Below are positions 15,612 through 24,747 of a stretch of 64,000 nucleotides of DNA, one piece after another (positions within the stretch are counted from its first letter, which is position 1; the number at the start of each line of letters is the position of its first letter). The DNA is taken from contig OY970303.1 in NCBI GenBank assembly GCA_963716255.1, forward strand, positions 3,072,001 to 3,136,000, read 5' to 3'. Made by a program: the position numbers and the translations under genes. The notes below the pieces were generated by a model, which did no database searches, was not told where the DNA came from, and saw nothing but the letters and a program-made list of their open reading frames with translations. This stretch comes from an uncultured Gemmatimonadales bacterium. Lineage in GTDB: Bacteria > Gemmatimonadota > Gemmatimonadetes > Longimicrobiales > Longimicrobiaceae.

Positions 15612-17555
15612 CTACAGCCCCTTCGCCATCAGGTCGGCGACCAGCTGGTTGAAGCGGACCGGGTCGTGGATCGGCGAGCCCTCCGCGATCAGCCCCCACC
15701 CGAAGAGCACCTCCGCGTACTCCCCGATGGCCGGGTCCTCGGGGTTGGCGTCGAAGCGGGCCTTGAGCTTCTGCACCACCTCGTTGCCGGGGTTCAGCTC
15801 CATGATGCGCCGCTGCTTGGGCGCGTCGTTGATCCCCGTGGCGAGCATCCGCTCCAGGTGCGGCGAGTAGTCGTGCTCCGCGCCCACCAGCACCACCGGC
15901 GAGCGGGAAAGGCGGCCGGACAGGCGCACCACCTTGACCCACGCCTCCAGCTTCTTTTCCAGCGTCTCCAGGAACGGCTTGAACGCCTCCTCCTCGCCGG
16001 TCTTCTCCTCCTTCTTCTCCTCGCCGCCCAGGTCCACCACCCCCTTGAGCACCGACTTCAGCTTCTTGCCGTTGAAGTCCCACAGCGACTGCGTCACCAG
16101 CTCGTCCACCGGGTCGGACAGGTACAACACCTCGAACCCCTTGTCGCGGAACATCTCCAGCGACGGGTTGTTCTCGATCACGCTGCGCGACGGGCCGGTC
16201 AGGTAGTAGATCGCCTGCTGATCCTCCGGCATGCGGTCCACGTACTGCTGGAGCGTGGTGAGCGCCTCCGGGTCGTGCGACGACTCGAACATGAGCAGCT
16301 TGTGAAGCGTCTCGCGCTGCTCGTAGTCCTGCCCCACACCCTCCTTGATGGCGCGGCCGAACTGCCCCCAGAACTCCTTGTAGCGCTCCGGGTTGCCCTC
16401 CTGCATCGCCACCAGCACGCTGAGCACCTTCTTGACCAGCGCCTGCCGGATCTTGCGGATGTTGCGGTCGTCCTGGAGCGTTTCGCGCGACACGTTGAGC
16501 GGCAGGTCCGGCGAGTCCACCACGCCGCGTACGAAGCGCAGGTAGCGTGGGAGCAGGTCCTCGCAGCTCTCCATCACCAGCACACGCTTCACGTACAGCT
16601 TCAGCCCCGGCTTGGAGCCCACGTAGAACAGGTCGCGCGGGGCCTTGGTGGGGATGAAGAGCAGCGCCTGGTACTCGATGGTCCCCTCGCCGCGCTGGTG
16701 CACGATCTCCAGCGGCTCCGTCCAGTCGTGCGAGATGGACTTGTAGTAGTCGCGGTACTCCTCCTCCTTGACCTCGGAGGGGGAGCGCGCCCAGATGGGG
16801 AGCCGCGAGTTGAGGACCTTCTCCTCGATCTCGCGCGCCTGGGCCTCGGTCTCCTCGTTGCCGGCCTCCATCACGTCCAGGTCCTTTTCCGCGACCAGGA
16901 CGATGGGGTAGGTGATGAAGTCGCAGTGCTGCTTGATGATACGGGTCAGCGTCCAGCGCTCGGCATAGTCGTCGACCCCGTTGTCGCGGTCGGTCGGCTT
17001 GAGGTGCAGCGTGATGGTGGTGCCGTGCCCCTCGGGCCGCTCCCCGTCGCCCACGGTGTAGCTTCCGTCGCCGGTGCTTTCCCAGTGCGTGGCGGTCTCC
17101 TCGCCGGCGCGGCGGGTGACCAGCTCCACCCGGTCCGCCACCATGAACGAGGAGTAGAAGCCCACGCCGAACTGGCCGATGAGCTGCGCCGCGCTCTCGC
17201 CGGTGGGCTTCTCCTTGAGCGAGCGCAGCATCTCCGCGGTCCCCGACTTGGCGATGGTGCCGATGTTGGAGATCACCTCCGCGCGGCTCATCCCGATGCC
17301 GTTGTCGCGGATGACGAGCGTGCGCGTCTTCTCGTCGGGGATCACGCGGATCTCGGGCTCGCCCTCCTCGGCGATCTCGGGGCGTGTGAGCGCCTCCAGG
17401 CGCAGCCGGTCCTGCGCGTCGGACGCGTTGGAGATCAGCTCGCGCAGGAAGATGTCCTTGTCGGTGTAGAGCGAGTTGATCACCAGCTTGAGGAGCTGCT
17501 GCACCTCGGCCTGGAACTCGTGGGTCTCGACCTGATCCTTCTCCGCGACTGACAT
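15612..17555 (-). CDS. htpG: Molecular chaperone HtpG (Hsp90)
   Basis: FLRELISNASDA, DNGIGM, IGQFGVGFYS, LPLNVSRE. Confidence 0.98.
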   Translation of the reverse strand: MSVAEKDQVETHEFQAEVQQLLKLVINSLYTDKDIFLRELISNASDAQDRLRLEALTRPEIAEEGEPEIRVIPDEKTRTLVIRDNGIGMSRAEVISNIGTIAKSGTAEMLRSLKEKPTGESAAQLIGQFGVGFYSSFMVADRVELVTRRAGEETATHWESTGDGSYTVGDGERPEGHGTTITLHLKPTDRDNGVDDYAERWTLTRIIKQHCDFITYPIVLVAEKDLDVMEAGNEETEAQAREIEEKVLNSRLPIWARSPSEVKEEEYRDYYKSISHDWTEPLEIVHQRGEGTIEYQALLFIPTKAPRDLFYVGSKPGLKLYVKRVLVMESCEDLLPRYLRFVRGVVDSPDLPLNVSRETLQDDRNIRKIRQALVKKVLSVLVAMQEGNPERYKEFWGQFGRAIKEGVGQDYEQRETLHKLLMFESSHDPEALTTLQQYVDRMPEDQQAIYYLTGPSRSVIENNPSLEMFRDKGFEVLYLSDPVDELVTQSLWDFNGKKLKSVLKGVVDLGGEEKKEEKTGEEEAFKPFLETLEKKLEAWVKVVRLSGRLSRSPVVLVGAEHDYSPHLERMLATGINDAPKQRRIMELNPGNEVVQKLKARFDANPEDPAIGEYAEVLFGWGLIAEGSPIHDPVRFNQLVADLMAKGL

Positions 17556-17680
17556 CTCTGCTGGCTCCGGTCAAACGGTTTCGTCTCGATGAGTTGCGCC
17601 CGGCCGGAAGCGGCGGGCGCGCGGGTAGAGGGGTGGAACGTTATATGGGAATTCCCCGGTTTTCAAGTGCCTCCTGTCGC

Positions 17681-18379
17681 CTACCATGCGGCGCGCCCTG
17701 CGCCGCGGCCCGCGCGCCCTCCGCCCACCTCCACCACCTCGCTCCCCGCGACGACGAACACGCGGTCCCCCGGCGCGGGGCGCACCTCCGCCAGCCCGGT
17801 GAAGTCCCCCGCCGCGGGGAGCACGCCCAACCCCGCCCCGAACCAGAAGCACGGCAATCGCTCGCGCTGCCGCCCCGCGCCGGCCAGCCGGACCCCGGGA
17901 TGCAGGTGCCCTGCCAGGACGTATCCCCCGGCCACAGGCTCCGGGTGGTGCGCCAGGACGAACGGGGGCTCCACCCGCGGCGGGTCCACGCACGCGATCC
18001 CCAGCTCCGGCGGCGGGTCCCCCGCGCCGCGGTCGTGGTTGCCGCGCACCAGCAGCATCTCCACCCGGGCGTGCCGCTCCCGCCATGCGCGCACGGTCGC
18101 CAGGGTGGCCGGCGCTCTCCCTGTGCGCGCGTGGAGCAGGTCGCCCAGGAACACCAGCCGCCGCGCCCCGGTGCGCTCCAGCGCCGCCGTCAGCCGGGCG
18201 AGCCCGCCGGCCGTGGTCCCCCCCGGCACCGCGATGCCGCCGGCGCGGAACGCCGCCGCCTTGCCCCAGTGCGCGTCCGCCACCAGCAGGGTGGACGCGC
18301 GCTCCCACAGCGCGGCGCGCTCGGGGAGGAGGAGGAGGCGCTCGCCGGCGACCTCTACCTGCAGGTCGTCACACGGCAC
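17681..18379 (-). CDS. pdeM: Ligase-associated DNA damage response metallophosphoesterase/endonuclease
   Basis: ADAHWGK, LGDLLH, RGNHD, GHLHP, LPAAGDFTG motifs; context with the Lhr helicase. Confidence 0.88.
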   Translation of the reverse strand: MPCDDLQVEVAGERLLLLPERAALWERASTLLVADAHWGKAAAFRAGGIAVPGGTTAGGLARLTAALERTGARRLVFLGDLLHARTGRAPATLATVRAWRERHARVEMLLVRGNHDRGAGDPPPELGIACVDPPRVEPPFVLAHHPEPVAGGYVLAGHLHPGVRLAGAGRQRERLPCFWFGAGLGVLPAAGDFTGLAEVRPAPGDRVFVVAGSEVVEVGGGRAGRGAGRAAW

Positions 18380-18401
18380 GGGTACGACTGCGGTACTCAG
18401 C

Positions 18402-18677
18402 TCAACCCGGCCGGGCCGACTTCAACGGATATCGTTCCGGGTGCTCGATCGAGTCCACGGCCAGGTCTACGTCGAGGTCCGGCCAGCGCAGATGGTGGGG
18501 CTGAGGCCTCTGCAGGTTCAGAATCGCTCCTACCGGGGCATCCACGAACCATGGAAATTCCTCGAACGGCAGGAAGAGTTCCCGTTCGTCGAGCATCACC
18601 CAGAATCCGTGCCGGGAGATGTGGGTTACCTCAACTTCCGAAATGGCGGTTCCAGGCATCGCGAATCTCCGTTTCAT
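18402..18677 (-). CDS. DUF2442 family protein (putative TA partner)
   Basis: LFLPFEEFPWF...LRWPDLDVDLAVDSIEHPERYPL signature; coupled to the DUF4160 gene. Confidence 0.85.
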   Translation of the reverse strand: MKRRFAMPGTAISEVEVTHISRHGFWVMLDERELFLPFEEFPWFVDAPVGAILNLQRPQPHHLRWPDLDVDLAVDSIEHPERYPLKSARPG

Positions 18678-18870
18678 GCTTGCGGATCAGGTCCTCGATC
18701 GCCGCGACGTCGCCGTCGGACAGCTCGTGGTTTCTCGCCAGCTCCACCTCGGGAACGAGCCAGAACTTGGCTTCGCCGTCCGGAGTGTCGACGTGGACGT
18801 GAGCCCTGGCTTCCTCGCGCGAAAATAAAGAAGAACCGGTACCTGCCCACTCGCAGATGGTCGGACTCAC
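18631..18870 (-). CDS. DUF4160 family protein (putative TA partner), N-terminal segment frameshift-scrambled
   Basis: SREEARAHVHV...EAKFWL...IRDAWNRHFG. The expected LRVGRYRFFF segment lies in an alternative frame (see findings). Confidence 0.8.
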   Translation of the reverse strand: MSPTICEWAGTGSSLFSREEARAHVHVDTPDGEAKFWLVPEVELARNHELSDGDVAAIEDLIRKHETEIRDAWNRHFGS

Positions 18871-18914
18871 ACAGCCTCCGGTGTGCGGGTGCCTTCAGCG
18901 GACGGCAGCCTCAT

Positions 18915-18977
18915 CTACCCCACCTCCTGCTGCAGCGCCAGCCACTCGCCCCCGATATCGACCGCCAGGTCGCTCAC
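18915..18977 (-). pseudogene. Remnant of a pdeM 5' end
   Basis: Translates VSDLAVDIGGEWLALQQEVG*, which aligns with the PdeM N-terminus DDLQVEVAGERLLLLPE. Confidence 0.6.
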
Positions 18978-19000
18978 GGGCGCACCCGCCGCTCCCCCGG

Positions 19001-19393
19001 TCAGTACGGCGCAACCTGGACGTCCGTCCGCGAGAAGTCGTTCCCGACGAAAAGGAGCGGCTGGCCAAGGGCACGGGCTAGCGCGTACGAGAAGCAGTCG
19101 CCGAAGTTGAGCCCGGCGGGGTGACGTCCCTTGCCGAAGCGGCGGAAGGCGGTACGCGCCAGCTCCGCCTGCGCGAGGGTCACCGGAACGATTTCCACGC
19201 GGAGCCGTCCGACCAGAAGGTCCAGCTCCAGCTCACCTCGCTCTCCGACCCTCCCCTGCATCACCATGGAAGCTTCCACCAGAGATACCGCGGAACAGCG
19301 CCGAGCCGGCGCGGCTTCCAGCGCCGCCGTCAGACGGTCCGCAGTCACCTCCCCGAGCAGCACCGCCACCAGTGCAGAAGTATCTGCGACCAT
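19001..19393 (-). CDS. vapC: VapC PIN-domain toxin
   Basis: MVADTSALVA... FGKGRHPAGLNFGDCFSYALA...LLFVGNDF. Confidence 0.93.
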   Translation of the reverse strand: MVADTSALVAVLLGEVTADRLTAALEAAPARRCSAVSLVEASMVMQGRVGERGELELDLLVGRLRVEIVPVTLAQAELARTAFRRFGKGRHPAGLNFGDCFSYALARALGQPLLFVGNDFSRTDVQVAPY

Positions 19394-19396
19394 GCA

Positions 19397-19651
19397 TCAG
19401 GTGGGGAGGCCGTGCTCGTCGTAGCCGACGATCTCGTCCGGCGACCTGTCGTCCAGCACCGGCAGCTTCGCGACGCGTTCCTGGATCCGGCGGACGTCCT
19501 CCCGCAGCGTCACGTCCCGTACCCGGCCCGTCTTGCGGATCAGCTGCTCCCGTAGCGCGGCGGTGACCGCCTGGGTGATGTTCTCCCCCGTGGCTTCCGC
19601 GAGCTCCCGCGCCAGGCGCTCGGCTTCCGGGTTCTTGATGTTCAGGGCCAT
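19397..19651 (-). CDS. vapB: VapB antitoxin (ribbon-helix-helix)
   Basis: [18 protein letters not shown]...GENITQAV...GYDEHGLP, directly upstream of vapC; GGAGG RBS. Confidence 0.9.
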   Translation of the reverse strand: MALNIKNPEAERLARELAEATGENITQAVTAALREQLIRKTGRVRDVTLREDVRRIQERVAKLPVLDDRSPDEIVGYDEHGLPT

Positions 19652-19718
19652 GCCGGTGCCTCCGTTGATGGATGGTGGAAATGTAGCCCGATTCCACCAT
19701 CCGGACAACGCTTCTCCC

Positions 19719-22235
19719 TCACCCCGCCGCCCGCTCCAGCGCCAGCTGCATCCTCCGCACCCGGTCCCCCAGCGACTCGGAGGACACCGCCTCGCGCGCC
19801 CGGTCCACCAGCAGCGGAAAGGCCAGCGGCGGCGTCCGCCTGGGCTGGGTGACGACCAGGCGCGACGCCGCCAGCCGCTCCAGCGTGCGCCCCAGGCGGC
19901 TGCGCTCCAGCTGCCGCTCCAGCACCTCGCGGTGCGCCTGCTCCAGCAGCAGGTTCTCCGGGTCGTAGCGGCTGAACACGTCGTAGAAGAGCCCGCTGGA
20001 CGCCTGGAGCTGCTTGGCCGTCTTGCCGGCGTGCGGGTAGCCGGGAAACACCAGCCCCGCCACCCGCGCGATCTCGCGGAACTGCCGCTTCGCCATCTCG
20101 GTGGCGTTCAGCGAGGCGGGCACGTCCTCCACCAGCCCCTCGGGGTGAAGCAGCCCCGCGGCCAGCGCCTCGTCCAGCGGCGCCGGGTCGGGCGAGAGCA
20201 GCTCCAGGCCGTAGTCGTTGGCGGCCAGCGTGAAGGAGATGGGCGCCAGGCGCGAGATGCGGTAGGCGAAGAGCGCGGCCAGCCCCTCGTGCACCAGCCG
20301 CCCCTCGAAGGGAAAGAAGAACAGGTGGTGGCCCTCGCGCGTCTTGACCCGCTCGATCAGCAGCTCGTCCGCGTCGGGGATGCGCGACCAGCGCGCCTGG
20401 ATGTCGAGCACCGGGCGCACCGCCTCCATCTCGGGGCCGCGGAAGACGCCGCGGTGCGCCTCCTCCAGCCGGGCCCGCAGCGCCGCCGCCAGCTCGGTGG
20501 AGAGCGGCATCCGGCTCCCCATCCAGCGCGGGATCGCCCCCTTGCCGCTGGACGCCTTCCGCACCCACGCCACCATGTCGCGCACCCGCACGAACTCCAG
20601 CGGCTTGCCGCTGAAGATGAAGCGGTCGCCCGGACGCAGCCGCGCCACGAACGACTCCTCCACCGTCCCGATGCGCGGGCCGCGCAGGTACTTCACGGCA
20701 ATGGACGCGTCGCTGACGATGGTGCCGATGGCCATGCGGTGCCGTCGCGCCACCAGCGCGCTCTCCACCGTGTACAGTCCGTCGCTCTCCACCACGCGCG
20801 AGTACTCCGGGTACGCCGTGAGCGCCGAGCCGCCGCGCGTCACGAAGTCCAGCACCCATTCCCACTCGTCGTCGCGCAGCCCGGCGTAGGCGTGGGTGGA
20901 GCGTACCTCCTCCAGCAGCTCTGCCGCCCGGAACCCGCCGCCCAGCGCGACGGTGACCACGTGCTGCGCCAGCAGGTCCAGCGGGCGCTCCACCGCCAGG
21001 CGCGACTCGATCGCCCCCGCTTCCACGGCGTCGCGCGCGGCGGCCACCTCCAGCAGCTCCAGCACCTGGGTGGGGACGCACGTCACGCGGCTCTCCGCCC
21101 CCGGCCGGTGCCCGCTGCGCCCCGCGCGCTGGAGGAGCCGCGCCACCCCCTTGGGGCTGCCGATCTGGAGGACGCGGTCCACCGGGGAGAAGTCCACGCC
21201 CAGGTCCAGCGACGAGGTGGCCACCACGCAGCGCAGCCGGCCCTCGCGCAGTCCCTGCTCCACCCAGTCGCGCGTCTTCCGGTCCAGCGAGCCGTGGTGC
21301 AGGGCGATGGTCCCCGCCCACTCGGGCCGCGCCGCCAGGATCGCCTGGTACCAGATCTCCGTCTGCGAGCGGGTGTTGGTGAACACCAGCGCGCTCGCCC
21401 CCTCCTCCACGGCGGCGAGCACCTGCGGCAGCATCTGCGTCCCGAGGTGCCCCGCCCACGGAAAGCGCTCCACCACGGGCGGGATCAGCGCGTCCACCGA
21501 GATGCGCTTGGGGAGCAGCCCGCGCACCACGCGCCCTGGGGACCCCGCCCCGAGCAGCGCCGCCCGCGCCTCGTCCAGGTTTCCCAGGGTGGCGGACACC
21601 CCCCAGGTGCGCAGCCCCGGGCGCCACAGCCGCAGCCGGGCCAGCGCCAGCTCGGTCTGCACCCCGCGCTTGGTCCCCATCAGCTCGTGCCACTCGTCGG
21701 CGACCACGGCGCGCAGGTCGCGGAACAGCTCGCGCGCGTCGGAGCGGGACAGCAGGAGCGACAGGCTCTCGGGGGTGGTGACCAGCGCGGTGGGGAGGCG
21801 CCGGCGCTGGCGGGAGCGCGTGGCGGCGGAGGTGTCGCCGGTGCGCGACTCCAGCGTCCAGGGGAGGCCCAGCGCCTCCAGGGGGGCGCGCAGCGCGGTC
21901 TCGGTGTCGGCGGCCAGGGCGCGCAGCGGAGTGATCCACAGCACGCGCAGCGGCGGCGACGCGGCCTTCTTCGGGTCGCGGACCGGCTCCGGGTGCTCGG
22001 CCATCCACTCCAGCAGCGGGCCCATCCAGGCGGCGTAGGTCTTTCCCGTGCCGGTGGCCGCGTGGATCAGCCCGCTCTCCCCCGCCAGGTACGCGTCCCA
22101 CACCTCGCGCTGAAAGGGGAACGGCTTCCAGCCGCGCCCGCCGAACCACGCCCGGGCGCGCGCGAGGGCGGCCCTCTCCGGCGCGGTGGCGGAGACGGCG
22201 GCGCGGGACCTGGCTGGACTCTCGGGCTTCGGCAA
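19719..22235 (-). CDS. Ligase-associated DNA damage response DEXH-box (Lhr-core) helicase
   Basis: [46 protein letters not shown]. Start placed at TTG 22235 with a GGAG RBS (uncertain). Confidence 0.92.
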   Translation of the reverse strand: MPKPESPARSRAAVSATAPERAALARARAWFGGRGWKPFPFQREVWDAYLAGESGLIHAATGTGKTYAAWMGPLLEWMAEHPEPVRDPKKAASPPLRVLWITPLRALAADTETALRAPLEALGLPWTLESRTGDTSAATRSRQRRRLPTALVTTPESLSLLLSRSDARELFRDLRAVVADEWHELMGTKRGVQTELALARLRLWRPGLRTWGVSATLGNLDEARAALLGAGSPGRVVRGLLPKRISVDALIPPVVERFPWAGHLGTQMLPQVLAAVEEGASALVFTNTRSQTEIWYQAILAARPEWAGTIALHHGSLDRKTRDWVEQGLREGRLRCVVATSSLDLGVDFSPVDRVLQIGSPKGVARLLQRAGRSGHRPGAESRVTCVPTQVLELLEVAAARDAVEAGAIESRLAVERPLDLLAQHVVTVALGGGFRAAELLEEVRSTHAYAGLRDDEWEWVLDFVTRGGSALTAYPEYSRVVESDGLYTVESALVARRHRMAIGTIVSDASIAVKYLRGPRIGTVEESFVARLRPGDRFIFSGKPLEFVRVRDMVAWVRKASSGKGAIPRWMGSRMPLSTELAAALRARLEEAHRGVFRGPEMEAVRPVLDIQARWSRIPDADELLIERVKTREGHHLFFFPFEGRLVHEGLAALFAYRISRLAPISFTLAANDYGLELLSPDPAPLDEALAAGLLHPEGLVEDVPASLNATEMAKRQFREIARVAGLVFPGYPHAGKTAKQLQASSGLFYDVFSRYDPENLLLEQAHREVLERQLERSRLGRTLERLAASRLVVTQPRRTPPLAFPLLVDRAREAVSSESLGDRVRRMQLALERAAG

Positions 22236-22378
22236 GCGCGCTCCGCGGCAGAGGACGCCGCGCAGACTCGCACGATCGGTTCCAGGTCGCTCGCCCCGGG
22301 GTCCGCGGAGGAGCCGAAGCCCGTTCCTGCGACCCACCCGCGCGGCTCGAGCTTGCACGGAGGCCGGACGGTGAGTAA

Positions 22379-22618
22379 CCCGGGCACGCGGTCCCGCTGT
22401 CGCTCGCCACTTCCCGATACCCGAACGACGACGCGCAGGGCCCCGGGGAAGGCTTCCTCCTGGGCGTGTTCATGGGTGCCCCGTACGGCGCGATCCTGGG
22501 CGGGCTGATCGGGGCCGTTTCCCGGCCGGAGCGCTGGGAGGCCGTGTCGCCGCGGGTGGCGGTCGGCGGGGCGGGCGGCGGCGGGGTCGCGCGGGGCGGG
22601 CGGCTGGCCCTTCCCTGA
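22379..22618 (+). pseudogene. Truncated glycine-zipper membrane protein fragment
   Basis: Frame reads GFLLGVFMGAPYGAILGGLIGAVSRPERWEAV...*, similar to the C-terminus of 62224..62721 (GAGVGAVLAPERWQ). An in-frame TAA at 22376 leaves no proper start. Confidence 0.45.
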
Positions 22619-22649
22619 CGCACCGCAGCGACGAGGGTGCCGCCCCGGA

Positions 22650-23129
22650 TCAGGGGTGCACCCGCACCACCTGCATCCGCCGCAGGTTGGCGCCGGGGAA
22701 GCGGCCCGTCGCCCTGACCCTCGCCAGCACCGCGTCCGCCCGGGCGCGCGTGTCCCCCGCGTACACGGCCAGGAAGCCGTAGCGCCCGTCCACGCCGGTG
22801 TAGGTGACGTTGTTCTCCACGTCGCCCCCGCACTCCCAGCGCGTCGCGAACACCTTGCCGCGGGGAAAGAGCGCCTGCGCCGCGGTCCGCTCCCGCTCGC
22901 CGATCGCGCAGCGGGGCGCGCTGCGCAGGACCACCGCGTAGAACGGCGCGCTGCGGTCCTCGGCCCGCGCGGCGCCGCCCGCCGGGAGCACGAACGACAG
23001 GTCGTGCGCGCGGAAGCCCGCGCACGGGCGCGCCGGGTCCGGGCACACCCGCCCCGCCGCCGCCTGGCCGCGGGCGGCGAGCGGCGCGACGAGCGTCAGC
23101 GCGAGGAAAATCGTCGCGATCGTCCGCAT
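22650..23129 (-). CDS. Secreted hypothetical protein (4 Cys, SPOR-like C-terminus)
   Basis: MRTIATIFLALTLVAPLAARG signal peptide; GGAG RBS. Confidence 0.7.
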   Translation of the reverse strand: MRTIATIFLALTLVAPLAARGQAAAGRVCPDPARPCAGFRAHDLSFVLPAGGAARAEDRSAPFYAVVLRSAPRCAIGERERTAAQALFPRGKVFATRWECGGDVENNVTYTGVDGRYGFLAVYAGDTRARADAVLARVRATGRFPGANLRRMQVVRVHP

Positions 23130-23143
23130 GGACTCTCCCGGGT

Positions 23144-24004
23144 TCAGGCCGGCCTGCGCGCCGCGACGCCGTACATCAGCGGCATCTCCGGCACCCCCTC
23201 GGGCGGGGCCCAGCGCCGCCCCGGCAGGGCGCGCATCCCCCGGAACGGCGCGTACCCGTTGGAGTACGGCCACTCCCGCAGCGACTCCAGCGCCAGCCCC
23301 GCCTCCAGCAGCGCCGTGACCACGTCCGCCACCCCCCAGGCGAACTCGTGGGACGGGTGCGGGTTGCGGAAGTCCACCACCCCCGGGCGCCCCTCCGCCC
23401 CGTGGAGGAGCCCGTCGCCCGACGCCGCCACGTAGTCGCCGACGCCGTCGTCGCAGGGGATGGCCCGCCCGCCGCTCGAGTACGGAAAGGACAGGCGCAT
23501 CCCCTCGTCGAACATGGCGGCCGCGGGGTGGAACTCCACCAGCACGAAGCGCCCGCCCGGCGCCAGCACCCCCGCGATCCCGCGCGCCCACGCCCGCAGC
23601 TCCGAGAGCCAGCAGACCGCGCCGTACGACGAGAAGGCCAGGTCGAAGCGGCGCCCCGCGCGGCCCGCCTCCTCCAGCCAGTCGTACACGTCCGCCCGCT
23701 CGAACTCCGCACCGGTCCCCGACTCCGCCGCCAGCCGCCGAGCGAACGCCACCGCCTCGTCGCTGATGTCCACGCCCGTGGCGAGCGCGCCCAGCGCCGC
23801 CAGGCTCAGCGTGTCCTGCCCCGCGTTGCACTGCAGGTGGAGCAGCCTGCGGCCGGACACGTCGCCCAGCAGGGCGCGCTCCTCGGGGAAGAGCGTGCTC
23901 CCGCCGGCGCGCAGCCACGCCGCCTGGTCGCCCTTGTGCGAGTTGTGGGCCGGGGTCGCCGCGTTCCAGGAGAGGCGGTTCGCCTCGTGCGCATCCCGCC
24001 GCAC
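23144..24004 (-). CDS. Class I SAM-dependent methyltransferase
   Basis: LLHLQCNAGQDT, GVDISDEA, FDLAFSSYG, LAPGGRF. Confidence 0.9.
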   Translation of the reverse strand: MRRDAHEANRLSWNAATPAHNSHKGDQAAWLRAGGSTLFPEERALLGDVSGRRLLHLQCNAGQDTLSLAALGALATGVDISDEAVAFARRLAAESGTGAEFERADVYDWLEEAGRAGRRFDLAFSSYGAVCWLSELRAWARGIAGVLAPGGRFVLVEFHPAAAMFDEGMRLSFPYSSGGRAIPCDDGVGDYVAASGDGLLHGAEGRPGVVDFRNPHPSHEFAWGVADVVTALLEAGLALESLREWPYSNGYAPFRGMRALPGRRWAPPEGVPEMPLMYGVAARRPA

Positions 24005-24012
24005 CGCCGCGC

Positions 24013-24588
24013 CTACCGCGCCCGGGAGCCCGGGCCGGCCGCGGCGAGGCGGGCGGCCAGCAGCTCCTCCACGCGCTTCTCCAGCCGCCCGGTGGACACG
24101 CACATCACCGCGTCCGTGCTCGTCCCCGCCACCGGCCTCGCCGAGCCGCCCACCTGCGTCGTCACCCAGGTCCGCTCCCCGTCCGGCCGGATGGTCACCA
24201 GTACGGAAAGCTGCGTACGGTAGGCCGCCGCCGCCGAGGGGCCCGCGCCCGACTGGTTGCCGCAGCGCACCCAGGCCGCCGCCCTCTCGCCCCCCACCCG
24301 CGGCGCGGTGATGCTCCGGTGCCCGAAGACCAGCCCGTCCCGGTCCATCCCCGCGTCCGCCACCCCCAGGTCGCGGAACACCGCCGGGAGCAGCGCGCGC
24401 ACCCGGTCGGCGCGGGCGCCCACGTGGTGGGTCGCGCCCGCGTCGTCGTTGCGGAGCCGGAAGGAGATCCCCGAGGAGGTCTCGGTGATCTGCGGCTCCG
24501 GCCCGGCGGGCACTGTCCCCGGGGTGCCGGCGGCCGGCGCGCAGGCGGCCAGGAGCACGGCGAGCAGCGTGGGGGCTGGATGGCGCAT
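24013..24588 (-). CDS. Hypothetical lipoprotein
   Basis: Lipobox LLAAC; paired Cys (RCG, CVSTG). Confidence 0.75.
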   Translation of the reverse strand: MRHPAPTLLAVLLAACAPAAGTPGTVPAGPEPQITETSSGISFRLRNDDAGATHHVGARADRVRALLPAVFRDLGVADAGMDRDGLVFGHRSITAPRVGGERAAAWVRCGNQSGAGPSAAAAYRTQLSVLVTIRPDGERTWVTTQVGGSARPVAGTSTDAVMCVSTGRLEKRVEELLAARLAAAGPGSRAR

Positions 24589-24747
24589 GGCAGGACTCCG
24601 TTGCGGGTGCGGTGGAAGGAGACCGGCGCCCGGCGGCGGCGAAGCGGGGTCAACCGGGAGTGGGCCGGAAATGAAAGATGCCTGCCGGGCCGCGGGGCCC
24701 GACAGGCAAGATGGCGCGCGGAAAACACGCCGGAAAGAGCCTCGGCG

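Noticed and set aside
19533..23046. 991-aa and 1134-aa ORFs overlapping the helicase
   Set aside because: Alternative frames of the Lhr gene; no domain signatures.
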